The translations under genes were made by a program, and so were the position numbers. 64,000 nucleotides of DNA from Mayamaea pseudoterrestris (taxonomy: Eukaryota). The notes beneath the pieces were generated by a model. The model saw only the letters and a list, made by a program, of their open reading frames with translations. It did no database searches and was not told where the DNA came from. How positions within the stretch are numbered: position 1 is the first letter of the stretch; each line of letters opens with the position of its first letter. Below are positions 45,419 through 55,670 of this stretch, piece by piece. Location of the stretch: NCBI GenBank assembly GCA_027923505.1, contig BROI01000002.1:2046001-2110000 (forward strand), in the 5' to 3' direction.

Positions 45419-45789
45419 ATATGTAACTGCAACAATCTTGGCACCAATGACAATGCATTGAAACTGGCATGAAAAATGAGTCGTTGCTAAATCGCGTGAT
45501 GTAAGAGTCGCAAGCAGAGCGTTGCCCCTACTTGTACAAATCTATTGAGAAGATGTTTAAGTTCCTTCTTGTACTTTGTAATCATGGCAAGCTAAGTGAC
45601 AACAATGATGCATGCTAAAAAACTCTCGCATGCTGATGCTGAGGTAGTTCTCTCGAACCGGTGTGACACGACTTTCATGCATCATCACCATGCATTTTGC
45701 ATCATCCATCACAACTTTTCGTCCATCCTCATCACCATGACGGGCACGATGATACAAAGTAGAGCAATTATTTATTCGCACCCATAACG

Positions 45790-48468
45790 ATGACGCTATC
45801 CGAAGCTGAGTTGAGGAAAAAGGCAAAATCAGCCGTCCAAAGTCTCCAAATTGCCATCGACTCGATCCAGCATAGATACGAGCGCTTTTGCGAAAAGAAG
45901 AACCTTGCCAAGCCAAATCTTCGCGACCTGCAAATATGCATGAAACGCATCAATACATGGCTCAAGGCATTGCTACTGAAGCAAGCATCATTGAGTCTCG
46001 CCATGCGCTGCTTAATCGAGACGACTTGGCCAAGCATTTGCCAAGCGCTTGACGACGAATTGCAGCAAAAGGACAAGAAGGACCTTTTGCAGCGAGTCTG
46101 TCCACTTCTTGAGCACTTGTTTACTCAGCTAATTCGCTTGCATGACGGTCTCATTCTTTGCATTAGCGGCGAGTGCCGCCATCAAGGTGACATCCGAGCT
46201 GCTCAACGATCAAAATATCCTTCGCAACTCAATCAACAGGGTCTTTGCGACGATGGCGTGACTCAGTTATACTCATGTGATCTACACTACTCGGGAGAAT
46301 CGTGGGACGACTTCCATGATCCAAAGTGCGGAAGCAAGCAGCAGCTATTAAGGCAGCTGGAAAAGCTAGTACCGAAATCGCAGCGAGCCGACCTTTGGAA
46401 CGTTCTCGTCGACAAGGGGGCCATGGCATTCGATGCGCTGCTCGACGAGATTCAAAACGATCGAGAGTCAGTTCAATCAGATTGTACAAGTTTCAAGAAT
46501 CGAATCAATTTGGAGCTCAAACTATTGCTGCAGAAGCATGGCTCGAACGTCAAAGTCGACCTTCGATTGCTGGATAAAATGGAAAAGTTTCACGTCAAGG
46601 TGGATGCACTGGAATGGAAGTTTGAGCGATTCGCAAACACGTTTCAGGTGACTGATCCAGCCGGTGCCCTGCCACTCTTGTTCACGAGGGAGGAATGGAT
46701 GCGAGTCATGAAGCCTCCCCAATCGGCGGCCGCAGAAACAAAGCATGCGTTGAATAAGAAGAAGAGGCGAGTCATACTTGACAGTAGTGAAAGTGAAGAT
46801 GATGAGAGAAATTGCAACATATCATCAACAAAAGCAAATAGTTCAGCAATCAACACCAAGACGGCTGTCGCGTCAGGTCTTGTGGTCAAGGCGCAGCAAG
46901 TCAAGCCGGCCAAAGCTGCATGCGACGAGCCAGCATCTGTGAACGAAATTAAGCAACAAATGGGAGTCAATGTGGAGCAGCTAGCCGAGGCGAGGCAAAT
47001 GGTTGAGGAGGAAGAAGCTGCTACTCGACGAGCAGCTAACATTGTCGACGAGGCGCCGGAGGACGAGACCGACCTGGAGACCTGCATGCAACAAGTCTCA
47101 CGGCTGAAAAAGGTACTTGCACTCGCAAAACTGAAAAATAAACCTAATGAAATCGTTTGGAACGCACAAGAATGTTTAAGAGAAGCGTGTATGAATGCTG
47201 GCAACGCTTGCTTGGAAGCAGTTGATGATTTGGAGCTCCTTGAACAAGCAATTACCTACTTCGACCTGTCACAGAACCTTTGCGAAGACCAGCAAGAATT
47301 GCTTGGACGCATGTCCACAGTTACAGACGACCCAGAGTTTTCTCACCGCAGTGTCAGTCAGCGGTACACGTTGCTTCTTGGTAGAGCCCAGGCGAACTCG
47401 GGCATTGCCCGTGCCGAGCTCAGTCGTCAGCTTGAAGGATGCGAATCTAAACGTTTCGATCGAGAGGCAAGAAAGCATCTAGAATCTGCTTTAGAACTGA
47501 CTGTCGCGCTGGTCCAAGATATAAAACAGCATGGCACTACTATTGACGACATTATTGACTTAATGAACACCCACGAGCTTGGAATTTTGATCCGGCAATG
47601 GGTCGGAAAGTTGTTTTGGAACCAATGGCAGAGAAGAGGCGCTTGGTCGTCTTTAAAAGCATCAATAGATATTTTCAAACAGACTTCTTGTGTCATGGCA
47701 GAGACAGATCCGACTGACACAATGTTTTCGGATGAGGTCTCTGAAGCCACGCTGAAAGTACTAGTGCAAGAATATTTTGCCTTGGCCACTTTCGCCGACC
47801 TTGCAGTCGCCAGTCTCGAGGAGGCACAGAGCCCTCATATACGAGAGAACATGGAGATGTACGATTTCATATGCGATGAAGCAATCGAGGGCATTAAAAA
47901 TGCAGCTTACAAAAGCCAAAGGCTTTACGCCCTCGTTTCCTTGTCGCATGATGTAATCGCGAATGAGCTGTTCCTCAACGAACAAGGGATGTTGCTATCA
48001 TCTGATCTCCTTCAGCTATGCAGCAAGCTTGAAGAGGATTGGAAGCACAAGAAAGAATTGCTCATGCAGCCATTGCAAAAGACGGATCGCACCATTGATG
48101 TTGGCAGGAGCGACGTGCCAATCAGCGATTTAGCGCCATCACGCCCATTCGCGGGTCGAATTGTATTAGGTAAATCGGCACGGAACAAGAAACCGCAAAA
48201 GGTTTCAAAGGGCCATAGTAACTTTGGCGTTTCGAGGCATACGAGCTATGATGCACCGAACCCATTTGACAACGAGTCGCAGCCAGCTGAACCAACGCAG
48301 CGACGCTATCGGCGATGGGGAGACGAGTTACTGCCTCAGACTATTGACGAACATGGTCGCAGCGTTCCAAAACTTGAATATCCAGCCATTGCTCCTGAGC
48401 TACCAGCAGAGCTTAAGGCTCAGTGGGAGGAAAACATGAGGCGGAAGGCTGCTGCTGAAGCTAGTTAA
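45790..48468 (+). CDS. 892-aa hypothetical helical (TPR-like) protein with NLS-like KKKRR
   Basis: Long intact ORF with helical composition; LLLGRAQANSGIA resembles a TPR helix. Confidence 0.7.
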   Translation: MTLSEAELRKKAKSAVQSLQIAIDSIQHRYERFCEKKNLAKPNLRDLQICMKRINTWLKALLLKQASLSLAMRCLIETTWPSICQALDDELQQKDKKDLLQRVCPLLEHLFTQLIRLHDGLILCISGECRHQGDIRAAQRSKYPSQLNQQGLCDDGVTQLYSCDLHYSGESWDDFHDPKCGSKQQLLRQLEKLVPKSQRADLWNVLVDKGAMAFDALLDEIQNDRESVQSDCTSFKNRINLELKLLLQKHGSNVKVDLRLLDKMEKFHVKVDALEWKFERFANTFQVTDPAGALPLLFTREEWMRVMKPPQSAAAETKHALNKKKRRVILDSSESEDDERNCNISSTKANSSAINTKTAVASGLVVKAQQVKPAKAACDEPASVNEIKQQMGVNVEQLAEARQMVEEEEAATRRAANIVDEAPEDETDLETCMQQVSRLKKVLALAKLKNKPNEIVWNAQECLREACMNAGNACLEAVDDLELLEQAITYFDLSQNLCEDQQELLGRMSTVTDDPEFSHRSVSQRYTLLLGRAQANSGIARAELSRQLEGCESKRFDREARKHLESALELTVALVQDIKQHGTTIDDIIDLMNTHELGILIRQWVGKLFWNQWQRRGAWSSLKASIDIFKQTSCVMAETDPTDTMFSDEVSEATLKVLVQEYFALATFADLAVASLEEAQSPHIRENMEMYDFICDEAIEGIKNAAYKSQRLYALVSLSHDVIANELFLNEQGMLLSSDLLQLCSKLEEDWKHKKELLMQPLQKTDRTIDVGRSDVPISDLAPSRPFAGRIVLGKSARNKKPQKVSKGHSNFGVSRHTSYDAPNPFDNESQPAEPTQRRYRRWGDELLPQTIDEHGRSVPKLEYPAIAPELPAELKAQWEENMRRKAAAEAS

Positions 48469-48561
48469 GCCAACGACGCATGCTGCAGAGTGTGTTTGAG
48501 TAGAAGGATAACAAGTTGTATGTACACATCTTATATATTATTAAGTAAGTTGGTTGATCTT

Positions 48562-49581
48562 TCAATGCTCATCAGATCCATCACTGCCGCTTGTTCCCAT
48601 TCCCATTATTGTTTTAAACGTATCGTATATAATCCACTGCGAACCTACAATCGTTCCAGTCAACAACATTCTCGACGACAGTCCCATGGTCGCCAGCTTC
48701 CACAAGCCAACTTCATTGACAATCTGAGTGATTCCCTTTCCATCATGCATTGGTTGCGACAATAGACTCACGAGCGAGTCGGCTGGATGCGACACCACCG
48801 CGCAGCAAACACCCGACACGTAACCAGCCGCCAAGGACACTCCCAGCTGCGCCGGCTTGCTCAAGGAATCCTTTGGCTGCTGCAACACGTGCATATAAAT
48901 GGCATGCACTGCATTCTCAAAAACGAAAAAGTTTGTCATGGTGGCAGGAATCTGTCGCATCCACAGCGCCCGCAGCGACTGGAAGGGATGCGTTCCATCC
49001 GCCAGCATGGCGGCAAACGCTGGTCCAAGCTTGGTTGGAAATGCTCCAACGTGACTGGTTTGCACCTTGACGCGAAGCTGCTCCCATGGACACATTAACA
49101 CGTCGGCGCAAGCTTCGGCGCATCCAGCGGATGTTACGTAAATGAGTTGGCGATACTCCTTGACATGGTCGGGTCCCAGACAGTTTGACGATGAGTCCTT
49201 GAAGAATTCGTACAAGCTATACTTGGTACCAGTTTGACAGGCGTATGCAATGGCTGTAGGTCCAACAACTTTGAATAAGCCGCGAAGGCCTTCCTCCATC
49301 CAAAGTCTTTGGAGGCCTCGAAAGATTCCAGTGCTTGACTTGTATCGTCCGACTTGGCTGTATCCCTTGATCACCTCCAGCGGATTTGTCACGAGCCGAA
49401 TGCTTGACGCACAGACACCTCCAGCCAAACATTTCGCGTACTTGAGATTGTAAATGCTGACGGAGCCTGGGCCGGAAATAGCCTTGCATGACGGTTCAGT
49501 GGAGTGTCGTGAAAGCGCGAGCGTCGAGGGCTGCGCCCACGGCAAGTGATGCGGAGGCTCAGACTGATGCGGCTGGAGCAT
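48562..49581 (-). CDS. Mitochondrial phosphate carrier-like protein (SLC25A3/Mir1 family), divergent; start uncertain
   Basis: Three carrier repeats PLEVIK, PWEQLRVK, PADSLVS; GPTAIAY..Q...KY..YEFFK, AEACADV, LWMRQIP, QWIIYDTFK. Confidence 0.85.
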   Translation of the reverse strand: MLQPHQSEPPHHLPWAQPSTLALSRHSTEPSCKAISGPGSVSIYNLKYAKCLAGGVCASSIRLVTNPLEVIKGYSQVGRYKSSTGIFRGLQRLWMEEGLRGLFKVVGPTAIAYACQTGTKYSLYEFFKDSSSNCLGPDHVKEYRQLIYVTSAGCAEACADVLMCPWEQLRVKVQTSHVGAFPTKLGPAFAAMLADGTHPFQSLRALWMRQIPATMTNFFVFENAVHAIYMHVLQQPKDSLSKPAQLGVSLAAGYVSGVCCAVVSHPADSLVSLLSQPMHDGKGITQIVNEVGLWKLATMGLSSRMLLTGTIVGSQWIIYDTFKTIMGMGTSGSDGSDEH

Positions 49582-50123
49582 GATTGTTATTGCAGAAGCA
49601 TCCTCTCGAGCCAAGTGTAGTAGATGGATGCTTTCGATGACACTTCCAAGTAAATGATGCGAAGTAGGATCCTCGAGGAACAATGCAATCGTCGTCGATG
49701 CTCATCTCGTTCTGACTCGATGCGCGGGTGGAGGAGCGCGATGCGACGTCGGAGCGGTGATATATATCCACACCCGGAGCTGTGTGTCGTTGTGAGTCGT
49801 GTTTGGTCCACTGGAGTTGTTCTGCAAGCATTCACGAGCGGGGCCTACGACCTGCAAGATGCAAACTTTCGTCATGACCTTTGGCATGCAGCGTTGCTAA
49901 AGGGAGTCTAGCTATTGTAGGTTGCAAGCATCGCAAGTTTTTGGTTGAAACACAAAAGCTATGCTTGGCTCCCTAGCCAACTCACAGCCACGACTCAAAA
50001 ATTAAAGATGCAGCGAAACGCTTATGTGACGCGAACGAAACGATGTTGACCCTAGACATGCTGCAAGACAAAATGGAATCTCCCTCGCCGCATGTTCGTA
50101 GCCTTCACTCATGTTGAACAATC

Positions 50124-50310
50124 ATGACTGTACTTTTATAGAATCTCTATATATTGAACAGCCTTCTGTTTTGATAAACTCAAATCAGAAATCAACATCA
50201 CCTGTGATGACAAGCAATAGCACGGTCGGACTCCGCGAGAAGCTGGACACCACTTGTGGTTCCGTGCGAAGAGCTGCGTCGACATTCATTCCAAGTGTTG
50301 ATGCCTGACC
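50124..50310 (+). ncRNA. Candidate structured box C/D-type RNA (U3-like 5' end)
   Basis: ATGACTGTACTT..ATAGAATC resembles U3 GAC/A'/A boxes; four hairpins; GTGATGA at 50204 and CTGA at 50305. No clear box B/C pair or terminal stem. Confidence 0.3.
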
Positions 50311-50806
50311 CTGCATTTTGAACAGGCGAACCCCCACCCCACCAATATAACAAAACCAAACCCCACTTCATGCACATGAAGACATGGCGCATCCATGCGT
50401 TTTTGTTGCTGCTATGTATCTCCGTGACGCCACAAACATACCCAGCTGTCCCACCGCTACATTCGGTGTGACGGTTGATGAAGAAGGCGGCTAAACTGAC
50501 AAGCATGATAGCATTGAAGAGTTGGTTGTGATTTAAGAATGCACAGCGGCGAAAACAGAAAAGTAAGATAGCATTGAGGGTCCGGTACCTTGGGTGCGTA
50601 GGGCGTTGGCTAGATCGAAAAGGTTGCACGGCTCTATACCGGTTGGCCAAAAGGAATAGTGCCGACTTAACTATCTATAATTAGTCTTTACTGCTAGTAC
50701 AATTCTGGTTCACAGTCAAAGCAGCGATATGAGCAAATACGAAGCCAAAAACGCACCACTTGTCATGTCCCTTTCCTGCAGATCCTCTAATAGCACGCGT
50801 AATTCG

Positions 50807-51583
50807 TCACCTCAAAAAGAAAACCACGGCTGCCACTCCGCATGCCACCAACGAACCTGCTGCCACAATGACAACCATTTTCTTATTCGTATCAGGCTCG
50901 GGCATTGGACTACTTCCAAATCCTTGAATCTTGTCCTTGAGCGCCATTTGCGGTGGCTTGTCCCTTGTGGATGCCACATCAAGTTCCGTCGGTTCAGGTA
51001 ATCCCTTGACCCTTGCAATCAGGACTTGTTTGTATAAGGCTGCTGCTGAAGAGTCGTATCGTTGTCGAATGGTGCTTGCACCAAAGGCAATGTCATGCTG
51101 CTCCAAAAAGGCTCGACAGCTTTGATTTCCTCCGACACGCATCAATGCAAGTTGTGGCTCCGTCCATTGATCCATAGTCACGGATCGAACAAAGGAAATG
51201 TGAGTTCCGAGCCCGCTGTACGCAAGCAACAAAGAAGGAATAGGTGAGGGTGCTGACAAACGAGATGAGTGACAGCGGCAACAAAACCAAGTCAAAGCCG
51301 AGCTGATACAAGCGGTCAAAGCCCCCGATACACACCGATGCTGCCCACTACATTGAAAACAAAAGAGTATACCGAGGCTGGGTGATCCCCAATCTGGATT
51401 AGAAGCTCCGCAGTCGATACATCGTTGATTGCCATCAAGTCGCTGAATTGCTTCGTATTCCTTAATGTTCATTTCGCAATCTGATGACATGTCGGCAAGC
51501 TTATCTTGTAGCGACGTGAATGCTTGTTGCGAGGGCAAAAGGGCGGCCTTGAGGCTGCTTCGAGGATCGTCAGAGACTTCCAT
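50807..51583 (-). CDS. ArfGAP zinc-finger protein with C-terminal membrane anchor; intron 51216-51335
   Basis: CIDC...NPDWGS..LGILFCFQCSGQHR|GLGTHISFVRSVTMDQW...MRVGGN; hydrophobic tail. Confidence 0.92.
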   Translation of the reverse strand: MEVSDDPRSSLKAALLPSQQAFTSLQDKLADMSSDCEMNIKEYEAIQRLDGNQRCIDCGASNPDWGSPSLGILFCFQCSGQHRCVSGALTACISSALTWFCCRCHSSRLSAPSPIPSLLLAYSGLGTHISFVRSVTMDQWTEPQLALMRVGGNQSCRAFLEQHDIAFGASTIRQRYDSSAAALYKQVLIARVKGLPEPTELDVASTRDKPPQMALKDKIQGFGSSPMPEPDTNKKMVVIVAAGSLVACGVAAVVFFLR

Positions 51584-51763
51584 GGTGAATGTGGCGAATT
51601 GATGAGGTGCGCGAGATGTTTGCCTTGATGTCGCATGCGACACTTGTTTTTTGTCTTGAAAAGTCGCCAACGGACATGGCCACAGAATCTACGAACGGCG
51701 CAGAACGTTGAAGTGCAAGATCGCGCGGTTTGACCCATGCTCGAGATCTTTTCAAACTCCACC

Positions 51764-52411
51764 ATGACAAACATGAGGCGCTCTCTTCTCGCCTGCTTGA
51801 TGCTGAGCCCTGCTGTGGCCTATCAGCCATATCAAAGTGCCTTTGCAAAGCGTGTCCAAAAAGAATTTCAGACGGCAGCAGCAACAGCAGCATTAGCATC
51901 CACGATTCTGCTTGGATTCGCTCCGGCAGCCTCGGCATCAGATACGGCGGCTCAAATCTCACTCAATACACTTCCACCAACGTCTATTCGCGTTGACATT
52001 GGTGATCTTCCAGTCATTGGAAATGTACTATCTGGAACATACACCAAAGTGTCCGACTCAACCAAAAGTTCCGGTAAATCAAGCATCACAATCACATCAC
52101 CCAAGGACAAGGTCCGAGCCGTCCAGGACATTGCCACTGGCGGTCACTTGGAGTTTGACGTGAATGGCGTTCTCAAAACACATTTGGATGTTGACATTGC
52201 CGCCGATGAAGCCGGTGTCGCCAAGGTGCGAGTCACATCCAATTTGATTCCCAAGCTTCCCTTCAAAAATATGGCGTCGGCCTCGCAAACCTCGCCAACA
52301 GGTGGGGAAGCAAGTGCTTGGAACATGGTAACTAACATGGGTAGTGGGGAAACGTACTACTACAATGAAAAGAGCGGCGTGACACAATTCGAGCGACCCG
52401 ATAAGTTTTGA
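51764..52411 (+). CDS. Plastid (likely thylakoid lumen)-targeted protein with C-terminal WW domain
   Basis: Signal peptide ...AVA-YQP; second hydrophobic Ala-rich segment ending ASA; WNMVTNMGSGETYYYNEKSGVTQFERP is a WW domain (second W replaced by F). Confidence 0.75.
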   Translation: MTNMRRSLLACLMLSPAVAYQPYQSAFAKRVQKEFQTAAATAALASTILLGFAPAASASDTAAQISLNTLPPTSIRVDIGDLPVIGNVLSGTYTKVSDSTKSSGKSSITITSPKDKVRAVQDIATGGHLEFDVNGVLKTHLDVDIAADEAGVAKVRVTSNLIPKLPFKNMASASQTSPTGGEASAWNMVTNMGSGETYYYNEKSGVTQFERPDKF

Positions 52412-52428
52412 GTGAGCGGACTGCTAAT

Positions 52429-52500
52429 CTGGAGTTGACGAGGCATCGAATCATTCACCAAGACTGGAGTCGACGAGGCGAAGAATCATCCACCAAGACT
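52429..52500. repeat. 35-bp tandem duplication just downstream of the WW gene
   Basis: CTGGAGT.GACGAGGC...GAATCAT.CACCAAGA at 52429 and 52464. Confidence 0.85.
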
Positions 52501-52886
52501 CGACGACAATAAAATACATAATACTACATACATAGATCCAGATTGGTACGAGTCAAAGTAAAATACGTGTTCTGGACAATGCTACGTGAAAAACTTTCAC
52601 ATACGTAAATCAACAACGGAGGTGCGTCCCTGCAACCAGTTCACGCAGCCTTATTTTTGTAGCTTACAAAGATGTAAGGTGCTTGTACATAAAACGAATT
52701 AAATTCATTACACACCATAACCGCTCTTCCATCAAGAGAACATGATAGCATAGCCAAGGATAGCAAGCTAAATTGCGACGATTGCCAGATGGCTCATAGG
52801 AAGGACGTTTGATGGGCATCGGCGTCTTTCGATGGGTGCGACACGATGTCACGCTTTGATGTGCGCAGTGCGCACCAGCCACAACC

Positions 52887-55274
52887 ATGAGGATTGCAGC
52901 CAAGGCTTTCCGCATGTCCTTGCTAATCAAAGCAAGTGTTTCAGCCTTTTTACTGTCTCCTATACGAACAAGTCGTGCTGCTACTGGTGGAAGAAATAGA
53001 GTTATGCGATCCGCCGCGTCTTTTACTCCTGAACCTCCCATTGCGCGGCGCGATGAAGATTGCTTTTTTTACGCGGGCGCTCCGCCTCCCAACTGGGACC
53101 TCAAGCTTCCCCGCCAGGCAGAAGGATCGGCGGAAAAGCTGTTGAATCCCCCAGTTGCAGTTCCGAATCCATATGGTTGGATGAGAGACGATAAGCGCGA
53201 AAATCAAGAAATTTTGGATCACTTGGCGGCCGAGAATGCGTATACGGAAAGCATTTCCAAGCATTTGGAAGGATTGCGCGGCAAGCTCTATGAGGAGATG
53301 CTTTCCGCCATTCAAGAGACCGATTACACGACGCCTCGTCCGCATGGAGACTATTACTACTATACGCGGACCTTTCAGGGAAAGTCTTATACGGTTCATT
53401 GCCGCGCTCCAAAGAAAGGTGGACCATTGACTGTCGATTGGGACGGATCGGCCGACTCGCCAATTCTACCAGACGAGCAAGTTACTTTGGACTTGAACGT
53501 TATCGCAGAGGGCAAGAAGTATTGCTCGCCTGGTTCCGTCACGTCTTCTCCTTCGCACAAGTACCTTGCGTATGCGATTGACCACAAGGGAGACGAAACC
53601 TGTCAAATGTGGGTAAAGCGGCTGGATGATGGCGAAATTATCGACCACGACTCGACACTGGAAATGAGCGGCAGCATCAAGTGGGGCGCTGACGATGAGA
53701 CGCTGTTTTATTTGAAGCAGGACGAGACAAAACGTCCATACCAAGTATATAGGCGCAAAATTGGCAGCAAACAAGATGATGAACTCATTTTTGAAGAGCC
53801 TGACGACTTGTACTGGACTGGTATTTACAAGAGCTTGGATGGAAAGTTCTTGTTTGTCGAAGCATCGTCCAAGGAAACATCGGAGATTCACTTTCTCGAT
53901 CTGGCGGATCCAAACGCCAAGTTGCAGTGCATCTCCAAACGACGCTCCAAGGTGCTCTACGAGGTTGAACACCGCAACGGACATTGGTGGCTGCTTAGTA
54001 ACGTTGGAGGGCTACCAAACATGGCGCTTTTTATAGCTCCAGCGACGGCCGAATGCCAGGATGATTGGAAACTGGTGACGGAGGCAGCATCATCCAACAA
54101 GCCACTCTTTGACGGCGGCCTTGACTGGGCGCTGGATCATGCCACGTGTTTTCAAGACCATGTGGTGCTTGGTGGAAGAGAGGGCGGACTGCCGAGAATA
54201 TGGGTTGCGCGCGTCAATGATAGATCTGACGTGTCAAGCTGTGAGCGTTTGTCGTTTTAAGAAGAGGCTTATGATGTTGGTCTCGGGTCTCATTATGAAT
54301 TTAATACGGAGAAGATTGTTGTTGGATACGATTCATTGGTGACACCGTCGTCTTCCATTGAAATCGACTTGAACGATGCAAGTAGCCGGACCGTCTTGAA
54401 GGAGCGTGCAGTGCCTGGCTACCGTCGAGAACAGTTTGCTTGTGAGCGAACGACGGCTCTTGCCCGCGACGGAAAGACGGAAGTTCCTGTCAGTATTGTC
54501 TACCGCAAGGACTTGATGGAGGAGCATATGTCGTCTGGCAAGCCGGTGCATGTGCACTTGTATGGGTATGGCTCTTACGGTGCCTGCATGGAAGCGTCAT
54601 TTAGCTCAACCCGGCTTACCCTCCTCAACCGTGGCATTGTGTATGTCATTGCTCACGTCCGCGGTGGCGGCGAGATGGGTCGCCAATGGTATGAGGAGCC
54701 AAATGGTGCAAAATACTTGTGCAAAAAGAACACTTTCAATGACTTTGTTGACGTTGCGCGTTGGCTCGTGGACGAGCGAAAACTGACTAATCCAGAAAAG
54801 ATGTCGTGCGAAGGCCGTAGCGCCGGTGGACTTTTGATTGGTTCTTCCATCAACCAGGCACCAGAGCTTTTTAAAGTGGCCCTACTTGGGGTGCCATTCG
54901 TGGACGTGGTATGCACCATGACAGATGCTTCCATCCCGTTGACTACGGGTGAATGGGAAGAATGGGGCAATCCAAATGAAGAGCGGTACTTGGAGTATAT
55001 GAAGGAGTATTGTCCAATGCAGAATGTTGAGCGCAAGACGTATCCCACGTGTTTGCTGACTGGTGGGCTGTGGGATCCCCGCGTTGCCTACTGGGAACCA
55101 TCTAAATTTGCTGCTTCGCTCAGACACGGCCAGTCTTCCGACTCTGGCCCCGTATGCGTCAAGATGGATATGTCAGCTGGCCATTTCTCTGCATCGGATC
55201 GTTACAAATATTTAAAGGAGCTGAGCTTCGATTATGCATTTGTTCTCGATCACTTGGGCTTGGCTGAAAGCTAA
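52887..55274 (+). pseudogene. Oligopeptidase B (S9A, PtrB-like) interrupted by one in-frame TAA at 54258-54260 (nonsense allele or sequencing error)
   Basis: NPYGWMRD, HLAAENAYT, YGYGSYG, HVRGGGEMGRQWYE, GRSAGG, DPRVAYWEP, AGHF. Both ORF halves are in the same frame, and the 25 intervening codons remain homologous. Confidence 0.75.
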
Positions 55275-55670
55275 ACAAACAGCCTACGTTCGAGTGTTGA
55301 AGCTGGTGCGGGGGAAGTATTTGTAAATATGGACCTTAAAAGTAGACGAGTAGTGTAGCAATACGCCATCATACGGATGCGTTGCTGCAGCGTTACTAAA
55401 CTAAGCTTTTATGAACAACGACACACATGAAGTCTACCGCATTGTATCGAACGTGGTGGTCCGACTATTCTATGTGGTTAATTTGCTCGACAGTAGAGTA
55501 ATATTTGTAGGCTAAAGAAGATGCAAACTCTATGTCGTTACTAAATAAGTTATTACAATGCAAACTGAGCTTTGTTCACCATTTCCTACTCTCAGTTCCC
55601 AATGACCCGCCCTTCGCCAAAGCGCACAGCTCTTTGCTCCTGGCATTTTCGTTGACAAAACAAACCTCAC

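Noticed and set aside
49900..50700. Telomerase RNA or selenoprotein in the intergenic gap
   Set aside because: No CTAACCCT-type template was seen, and the TGA-rich frame has no selenoprotein motif or clear start.
54241..54264. Tiny GT-AG intron removing the oligopeptidase B stop
   Set aside because: Splicing 21 or 24 nt recreates TAA or TAG in frame, and the size is far below the other introns here.
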